From NCBI GenBank assembly GCA_016791475.1, contig JAEUWI010000018.1, positions 49,275 to 113,274 on the forward strand: a DNA stretch of 64,000 bases. The letters run 5' to 3'. Positions 9,383 to 19,400 of the stretch are shown in pieces (positions within the stretch are counted from its first letter, which is position 1; each line of letters begins with the position of its first letter). Source of the stretch: Candidatus Hydrogenedentota bacterium (GTDB taxonomy: Bacteria > Hydrogenedentota > Hydrogenedentia > Hydrogenedentales > JAEUWI01). The notes beneath the pieces were generated by a model, which was not told the origin of the DNA, made no database searches, and saw only the letters and a program-made list of their open reading frames with translations. Both the position numbers and the translations under genes were made by a program.

Positions 9383-9915
9383 GCATATTGCCTGCATGCG
9401 TCATTATGTCCGTCCCAAAGCACCATATCGCGCTTTTTGAGTAGTTCTACAGACATCGATCTACAGATCGCACATCAAACGCCTATCAGTCTTGGAAATC
9501 GAGCGAATTCCTGAGGTACAGCGGCGTCCCAGACTTAGTGCGCGTGCCACACGATTCGGTACTCCAATTCGTGTGCCCTTTGGGAAGAGTTCCTGGTTCC
9601 CGCAAGACGTACCCGCGCGAGCGTTTTGAAGCAAAGTGCACGTCGCTCGCCGCAGGTAAACGTCATGGCCTACCATCCCCTTTCGTCCAGGCACACGAAT
9701 GCCTCCTGCGTCGGCAATCGTGTGGCACGTTTGTTGGGTTGAGGCCACCCTGATCGTCCCTCCCGCTCCAATCCGAAACACCCCCGCTTCACCCTGCAAC
9801 GCCCCTCCCCTCCCACGCATCCATAAGTCCTTTATTTCCAGTCCCGTAAACTTGGCACGACTCTTCCTCCATGTAAACGACAACACCCTATTATAGGGGG
9901 AGAGGAGTTACCACC

Positions 9916-12513
<2,598 letters not shown>

Positions 12514-12530
12514 CGCCTTGGCGGTTACCG

Positions 12531-12553
12531 CGGGGCCCGACCTTCGGGCCCCG
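12531..12553 (+). terminator. GC-rich hairpin directly after clpB
   Basis: CGGGGCCCGA-CCTTC-GGGCCCCG palindrome 18 nt past the stop codon. There is no strong U-tract. Confidence 0.45.
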
Positions 12554-12566
12554 CCCTACGAAAAAA

Positions 12567-12596
12567 GGCCCCCGGCACGCGCCGGGGGCCTCGAAA
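12567..12596 (-). terminator. Rho-independent terminator for the minus-strand gene ending at 12607
   Basis: GGCCCCCGGCACGCGCCGGGGGCC hairpin preceded on the plus strand by AAAAAA, which is a T-tract on the minus strand. Confidence 0.6.
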
Positions 12597-12606
12597 TTTC
12601 AGTGGA

Positions 12607-13755
12607 TTATTTCACCTGCTCCAGGATCGCGAAGTCGCCCGGATTCCACGCCTGCGCGATGATGTAGAACTTGTCCTCTTTTTCCACCATGACCGCATTG
12701 TGAATGTGGACAAACTTCTCCAGGCCCAAATCATCTTTGATCGTGATGGTCGAGATAACGGCGCCATCCTTCACGATGTAGATCGGCGCGCCCTTCGCCT
12801 TGTCCGGCCCTTCCAGACAACCCACGATGGTCAGGCCGCTCTGGTAGTCGATATCGCAGGGCAGCGAACCCTTGGGCAGGGGCAGCGCACCCAGGTGCTT
12901 GCCTTTATTTGTGAAGGATTCGATTTCGCTGTTGGGGCGGTCCGCCACGGTGATGGTCTTGCCATCGGGTGCGACCGTGATACCGTGGCCCGTGCCAAAC
13001 TGGCCGGGGCCATCGCCCTTACCGCCAAAAGCGAAGGGATTCCAGGCGCTGCTGAATTCATCCTTGGACTTCACATCGGCCGTAAGCACGTAGTCGAGCT
13101 TCGAATAGCCGGTGGCCACATAGAAGCGATTGTCCAGCACTTCCACGTCGGTCGGCACGAACTTGTTCTCCGCCACGTCAAAGTACGCGGAAACGGTCGC
13201 GTCGTCAAAGGGCGTATCCGCCGTCGGGGCCTCCAGAATATTCACCAGCGCACCCTGATCCGTCGTGGTCCACACCCGGGCGGAATCGGTTCCGGGAAAG
13301 GTGAGGTAGGCCTGACCATTGTCGCCAACCCAGAACTTGGAATTGTGCATGTTCTTCGTGGCCATCTCGGCGTCCGTCGGAAGGATTTCGATGGTGTTCA
13401 GATCATTGGCGATGCGGATGATGCCGACCTGGGGCAGCGCAAAGTAGATTTCGCCCTTGCCCTCGCGCCGGTCCACGGCGAAACCGCCGTGGGCGGCGTT
13501 AAGCCCGTCCAGCGCCTTCGCAGGGAGCGAGGCCGACGTGTGGAGTAACTTGAACTGCAGATCGCCCTGGCCCGACACCTTGGTCAGATCGCTCGGAAGC
13601 GGCGTGGCAGGGACCGCCTCCGCCACCTTGACCGACTCATTGCCCGTGCTCCAGAGGTGGGTGTGGTGCCCGCCCGGGTGGGCCATCACCGGCCCGGCCG
13701 CCAACAGCGCGGCGCCCGCCGCCATCACGCCAAAGCCCAATTTCTTCTTCGTCAT
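12607..13755 (-). CDS. Secreted beta-propeller protein (NHL/SMP-30-like repeats), function unknown
   Basis: Signal peptide (MTKKKLGFGVMAAGAALLAAGPVMA). Repeated ...VA.DG.... blades. Coherent 382-aa ORF. Confidence 0.6.
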   Translation of the reverse strand: MTKKKLGFGVMAAGAALLAAGPVMAHPGGHHTHLWSTGNESVKVAEAVPATPLPSDLTKVSGQGDLQFKLLHTSASLPAKALDGLNAAHGGFAVDRREGKGEIYFALPQVGIIRIANDLNTIEILPTDAEMATKNMHNSKFWVGDNGQAYLTFPGTDSARVWTTTDQGALVNILEAPTADTPFDDATVSAYFDVAENKFVPTDVEVLDNRFYVATGYSKLDYVLTADVKSKDEFSSAWNPFAFGGKGDGPGQFGTGHGITVAPDGKTITVADRPNSEIESFTNKGKHLGALPLPKGSLPCDIDYQSGLTIVGCLEGPDKAKGAPIYIVKDGAVISTITIKDDLGLEKFVHIHNAVMVEKEDKFYIIAQAWNPGDFAILEQVK

Positions 13756-13830
13756 TGTAAATCTCCCATAAGGTTAATAAATGGACGGAGCGGCCCTGTC
13801 GGCCTCATTGTCCGGTTAATCCCACTGCAC

Positions 13831-14703
13831 TCACGTAAAAGCCAGACCATACTCGCAACAGAAATTCAGCCCGGACTCAAGGCGCATGATACCTTCTTTC
13901 CGCGTCAATTCGCCATTGTGCCCCACATGGTCCGCAATCCCAAACCAGGGTTCCAGGCACATGAAGGGCGCGCCCCCGGGTTTGCTCCAGATACCCAGGT
14001 ACGGCCACCCGTCGAAATCCAGCGTAACCGCGTGCTTGTTCTTGAAACTCCGTATGGAAACCTCGCTGGAAGCGAGCTTCTTGAAGATGAGCGCGTCCTC
14101 GCTGAAGCGATCCAGCGTGTACGGCACCACCGCCGTGTCCATCAGATAATTCTCTTCCGACCGCGCGATGTGACCATTCTCATTGGCGTACCAGCGGGCA
14201 CAGGTCTCCTTCTTTTCAAACTCGATGTAGTAATCGCTGAACGACTCCCCTTCCAGCAGCGGACAGCAGAAGGCCGGGTGACCGCCGATAGAGAAATAAA
14301 GCGTCTCCGCGCCGGGATTCGTCACCGTATGGGCCACCCGCACCCGGTTGCCCCGCAGGGAATAGTCCAATTGAAGTTTGAAGGCAAAGGGGTAGTTCGC
14401 CCGCGTCTCGGGCGAGTCCGCCAATTCATACGAAACCGATGTGGAGGTCTCGCGCTTGAGCCGGAAGGTGCAATCCCGCGCAAAGCCATGTTGCGGCAGC
14501 GAGTACGACCGGCCGCGATACTGGTACGTGTTGTCCAGCAGTCGCCCCACGAAGGGAAACAGAACCGGCGCGTGCCGGTTCCATACCGCTGGATCCGCCT
14601 GCCACAGGCGCTCCAGATTGTTCGCCTTGTCAAAGATGCTGGTCAGCTCCGCCCCCTCAGGCTTGACCGTTACGCGCAGGAATTCATTTTCAAGCGTACT
14701 CAT
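13831..14703 (-). CDS. Aldose 1-epimerase (galactose mutarotase-like) family protein
   Basis: GGHPAF motif and the beta-sandwich pattern of the aldose epimerase family. The start M (MSTLENEF) has a GGGAG Shine-Dalgarno; the longer ORF start at 14745 is less likely. Confidence 0.75.
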   Translation of the reverse strand: MSTLENEFLRVTVKPEGAELTSIFDKANNLERLWQADPAVWNRHAPVLFPFVGRLLDNTYQYRGRSYSLPQHGFARDCTFRLKRETSTSVSYELADSPETRANYPFAFKLQLDYSLRGNRVRVAHTVTNPGAETLYFSIGGHPAFCCPLLEGESFSDYYIEFEKKETCARWYANENGHIARSEENYLMDTAVVPYTLDRFSEDALIFKKLASSEVSIRSFKNKHAVTLDFDGWPYLGIWSKPGGAPFMCLEPWFGIADHVGHNGELTRKEGIMRLESGLNFCCEYGLAFT

Positions 14704-14820
14704 TTCTCCCACCCTTCTATGTTTCACCCCGAACGGTACCAGCATAAGAAAAGTGAACCCGGCATTGCGAATGAGACGTCGGGTGCCATCCGCCGCAGGA
14801 GGATGGCACCCGGGGACACT

Positions 14821-16026
14821 TTACGGTTTTCCAACGTTCTCATAGTATTTTATGTTGTGCGTCGCCCGGCCGAAGGCCACAATGTCCGGCCAGCCGTCGC
14901 TGTTCATGTCGTGAGCGCGGGCATCTTCCGTGGCCATGCCGCCGTCGTCGATGATGTACTTCTCGGCGGTGACTTTGTTCTCCGCATCGATGTGGAGATC
15001 GTAGATATTCAATCCGGGTAATTCCTTCGGACCGGCCTTCTCGCGAAAGCCGACCAGAAGTTCGCTCTCCCCATCGTGGTCGAAGTCGTCAAACCATAGG
15101 GCGTGCCCGGCTTTGAGTTGATCATCGAGGAGAAATCGCTGAAACTCGCCATGCTCCGTGGCGGGGCTGTATACCACGGCCTGGTGACCATGCCACGGTT
15201 CAATGGTAGCCATGAGCTGAACTTGCGTACCCGAGGGACCGCTCGATTTCGAAATGACTGACTTGATTTCTCCCGCGCCTTCGACCGTATTGGATCCGGA
15301 AACTCTCGCGATCTGGTAGTCATGTTTCCCCAAGACAAGACGTGAGATTCCTTCCATCGAAACCATAAGCAGTATCTGTCCCGCGTGCTCGGTGCTGGGC
15401 CAAGGCCACAGGTTGTGAAGCACATGCAAATTGGTATTCAAGATTCGAGAGCGCCACGGCGTCTCGAGCGGCGAGTCTCCCGGATACAATACGCGCAAAG
15501 TCACCCCCACATCCATGAAATCCGGTCCCGCGGAATTCGTGCCTTTGAGCGGCGCAACGACCAACTCCTTCTTGCCATCCCCATCCAGATCCGCCCATTG
15601 AATCCGGTGCAAGGTCGGCTCTTCCTCCACCAGCGTCGTCACTTTCCACGGCTGCTTCACGTCTTCTCCGTGACTTAACAGAAACAGTGCGCCGCCCGAG
15701 GTCGTGTTGTTTGGCTGCCAGTCCGCGCCCAGGGCGAACTCCGGGATGCCATCGCCGTCCAAATCTTCCGCGGCGATGCATACATTCGAGTTGCGAATCG
15801 TGCCCGCGATGAGGTGCCGCTCCCAGGTGGGATTCTCGTACCACGCCACATCATCGGCACTTACCCCCACAATATCAGGCTTGCCGTCCTTGTTCACGTC
15901 CGCCACGGTGATGGCGAGCCCCGTGCCCGCCTCCGCGTTGATGACGTGCTCCTTGAACTCGGGAAACTCGGCCATGGCCTGTGCCGCAATAACCGACGCC
16001 AGAATGGAAATTGCCTTGGTGAACAT
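14821..16026 (-). CDS. Secreted FG-GAP / VCBS-type repeat protein
   Basis: Signal peptide. Repeated DxDGDG..E/D blades (DVNKDGKPDIV, DLDGDGIPEF, DLDGDGKKELVV, DFDHDGESELLVG, DMNSDGWPDIV). Confidence 0.75.
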   Translation of the reverse strand: MFTKAISILASVIAAQAMAEFPEFKEHVINAEAGTGLAITVADVNKDGKPDIVGVSADDVAWYENPTWERHLIAGTIRNSNVCIAAEDLDGDGIPEFALGADWQPNNTTSGGALFLLSHGEDVKQPWKVTTLVEEEPTLHRIQWADLDGDGKKELVVAPLKGTNSAGPDFMDVGVTLRVLYPGDSPLETPWRSRILNTNLHVLHNLWPWPSTEHAGQILLMVSMEGISRLVLGKHDYQIARVSGSNTVEGAGEIKSVISKSSGPSGTQVQLMATIEPWHGHQAVVYSPATEHGEFQRFLLDDQLKAGHALWFDDFDHDGESELLVGFREKAGPKELPGLNIYDLHIDAENKVTAEKYIIDDGGMATEDARAHDMNSDGWPDIVAFGRATHNIKYYENVGKP

Positions 16027-16140
16027 GGTGCTGCTCCTTTGCCTGTCTGGAGTATACGACGCTCAGGGACAGCGGCGCCACGTGGTGGCACGGATGGAAG
16101 TGCAGGTTGTTCGTTGCCATCAGGGCGCATACCCCCCTGG

Positions 16141-16217
16141 CCCCCCGCAAGCGGGGGAAACCCTTCATGTCAAAGTGAACCTCTTGGTCCCCCCCGCTTG
16201 CGGGGGGGTAGGGGGGG
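16141..16217. repeat. Pair of mutually complementary G/C hairpins (CCCCCCGCAAGCGGGGG and CCCCCCCGCTTGCGGGGGGG) followed by a G7-TA-G7 tract, in the divergent promoter region
   Basis: Seen directly in the sequence. The two hairpins are reverse complements of each other and lie 30 bp apart. Confidence 0.6.
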
Positions 16218-16477
16218 TTGGAATCTGCATCGACTTTCATCTTCTACCGGTGACGCGACGTGACTCCCGTAGAGGATAAAAAACTTGGTTGCCACGCAAC
16301 CAAACACCGCCGAGACGGCTGTGCCACATTCGCTGCGAAAGTGACGTTCCGGGTCAACGGCAAGTGCGAGAGGCATGTTGCATTTTCCCCTTCCCATGGT
16401 ATGGTAGAGGGATGTTTCCGCGAAACTGCGGGATCACGCTATTACCGGGCACTCAGACCATCTTGGAAGTGACTATA

Positions 16478-19400
16478 ATGCGATTCTCACTCTATTCCAG
16501 GCCGCTTGCCATTGCCGTTCTCGTTGTTCTTCTCGGCGCGGTGTCGGTTCCGGCCCAGCCGAAGCAGGCGACCAGCGAAAATGCCCTGAGTGGTTCCTAC
16601 TTTGCCCACGACCTCTTTGAGATCAACGACGACTCCCAGCACCTCGGACGGGGCTTTCGCGTGTTTACGGCCAATGGCGTCATGAGCCGCCTTTCCACGT
16701 ACCCGAGTTCCACGTCGCTGGACTTCGAAATTAAGACCGACGCCACCTTCCGCCTTTTCACCACATCTTTCAACAGCGGCTTCAATGGCACCGTAGGCCT
16801 CGGTGGCGATCTGGCCGTATTCACCTATGAGGCCGCTCCCAACGCCGACGCGCAGGTGCGCGATGGCTACGCCAGTCTCCAGATCTCCGTGAAGCAGTCC
16901 TCGGGTCTGGACGACGACGTATTTGAGAGCCATTACAGTTATCACGCGCTCCTTCGCACAAGCAACGACGCCTACCGAACGAGTTTCGGCGGGGCCACTG
17001 CGGATGGCTCTGGCCAGGTGCTCGTCGTCCGGGAATCCGAAACGGCGCGCATTTTTAACTACAACGTAACCTCCGACGGCCGGGTCGCCCTGATGGGGCA
17101 GGACAGCGGCAATGCGGCAATTGTCGACAGCGGAGCGCTGATCGTGAATACGGCCGACGTTGCCGCCGGGGACGACGGGGAGATCAACGGCGGCTACACC
17201 GGGCTGGCCCTCTATGTGCGCCGTTTCCCCGCCAACGACGGCGCCACCACCGATGATTTTCGCGGCACGTATCGCGTTCACCGGATCCGCGCCAATGGCA
17301 GCGCCACCCCCGCCTCCGACGTGGGCACCGTGATCGCCGGGGGCAACGGAATCTTTATTGGCGAACTCGGCGGGCAGGACTACGGCGGCCAGATCGACCT
17401 GAACGCCAGCGGCACCTTCACTTTGGTGGGCAGCAACGCATTCCAGGGCACCCTCGGCGCCGGAGGCGACCTTGCGGTCATCACCACCATCGGCGGATCC
17501 AATCCCTTTCTGGAAATCTGGGTGCGCACGGCCGGCGGCGCGGGCAACGCCCTCGACAGCGACGGCGACGGCCTGACCGATGATGAAGAAGGTGAACTCG
17601 ATACCGATCCGGATGACGCCGACAGCGACAACGACGGTCTCCTCGACAATGCCGATGAACGTCCGAACACGGCGGACAACGTGGTGGATGCGACCCTCAG
17701 CCGCAACAATATCATCGTCGACGAGGGCGCGTCGGCCATTACCAATGTGACCCTCACGCTGGATTCTGATGACTTCCCCTTCTTCGAGTGGGAGGTTTCC
17801 TCCGCCGCGGACTGGATCAGCTTCGACCCGGATTCCGGGATTGGCGACGAGACCATCAGTCTCGAAATAGACATCCCCGCACTGGAGGCTTCCCCGACGC
17901 CCTACGAAGCCTTGATCAATATCGATGCCCTCGAAATGCGCGACGTGCCACCCCTGACCCTCTCGGTCACGGTCAACGCTACCCAGGTCGATCTCGCCCT
18001 CAATCCCGAAGCCCTCAACTTCACCGTGGAGGAAGGAGGCGCCAAGGCTTCGGGCACGGTTCGACTTTCCAGTCCCGATGCCAATGTCTTCGCCTGGACC
18101 GCCGCGACGGAGTACCCCTGGATCACCGTCACCCCCCGTCTCGGCGGCGCCGCCACCGACGTCACGATCGAAGTAAACCCCGAGTCTCTCCTCGCCGAAA
18201 ACTCTCCCTATATCGGGACGGTCATTTTCCGCCCCGGCGGCGCCGGCCCCAAGCAGAAGGCGCTCACCGTCACGGCGAATGTTGTCCCAGAGCGCGATAT
18301 CGACGTGCCCTTCTATGTCGCCGAGTCCAACGTCGCCCAGTCGCGCCCAGCCGCCGCCTTTGATGAAAGCACGAGCATCTGGACCATCGCCTGGGTGGAA
18401 GACCAGCAGATCCATGCCGCCCTCTTCGACGAGAACCTCGTTCCCCTTACCCAGCCCGCCCAAGTTTCCCTGACGGCCTTTGGCATAGCAACCAACCCCA
18501 CCGTGGTTGCGGTTTCTGAAGAGGGCGAGTCCTGGGTCATCTGGGAGCAATACGCCACAGGAAGCACCTCGGCGCTTCTCCAGGCCAAGGCCTACAATCT
18601 GGATTCGCGGAGTCCCGGCAATGTCTTTGGCTTCTCCGCGAGCCCCGGCAGCAAGACCATGCCACAGGCGGTCTACAACATCGCCGCCAACGAAGTTGCC
18701 ATCGCCTTTGGCCAGGAAGTGGAAAACGATGCCTTCGCCGGCCTGATCCGCGTGAACGCCGCCTCCCGGGGCGTCCTTTCCAGCGGATTCGCCGCGCCCA
18801 GCAACGATCCCCAGAGTGTTCCCGCCATCGCGTGGCTCGAAGACGTAAACGAATATCTCATCGCCTGGCGTGAGGACATCCCGGTCGACGACACGACGAG
18901 CACCCAGGTGCGCGCGGCACGACTCGCGGGGAATACGGGTGCGGTGCTCGGTGAGGTCATCGTGATTGACGAGGACGCACCCAGCGCTGCCAATATCGCC
19001 GTGGCAGCGTCCACCGGGCTGAATCGCTGGATCGTGGCATGGGCGGAAGAGCCGTCCACGCTGAATACCGTGGCGGTAGACGCCGCCGGCACGGCATCTT
19101 CCCCCGCCCCTTTCGACGGAGTACAGCAGTCCGAAACACCCGTCGCGCTGGGTTACAATGGCAACTCGAAACAGGCCATTCTTCTCTGGAGCCGCGATCC
19201 GGCCGCAGGCGATCCTGTGGCCGTGTATCGGACCGCCGCGGGCAACGGCCGGGCCCTGGGCGAAATCGTTCCCCTGCCCGATGGCCCAGCGACAGTCAAC
19301 AGCGTTGCCGCCAGCGCCAATGCCGCCGCCAACGAGTTCCTCCTGATCTGGGAGGACCCCGAAACAATCCCGCGCCAGCTTCGCGCCCTCCGCGTCGCAG

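Noticed and set aside
5940-9560. 9-bp match CGTGCCACA near both edges of the low-GC island as possible target-site direct repeats
   Set aside because: It is too short to be significant. The right-hand copy belongs to the recurrent CACACGAAT motif cluster and is not an att site.
9811-9826. Sigma54-like TGGCAC-N5-TTCC upstream of clpB
   Set aside because: The -12 element is CC, not GC. ClpB is normally sigma32 or sigma70 dependent. I kept it only as a weak note.
16170-16397. 75-aa minus-strand ORF in the divergent promoter between the FG-GAP and giant-protein genes
   Set aside because: It spans the G/C hairpins and the G-tract, has no ribosome-binding site and shows no coding-like periodicity.
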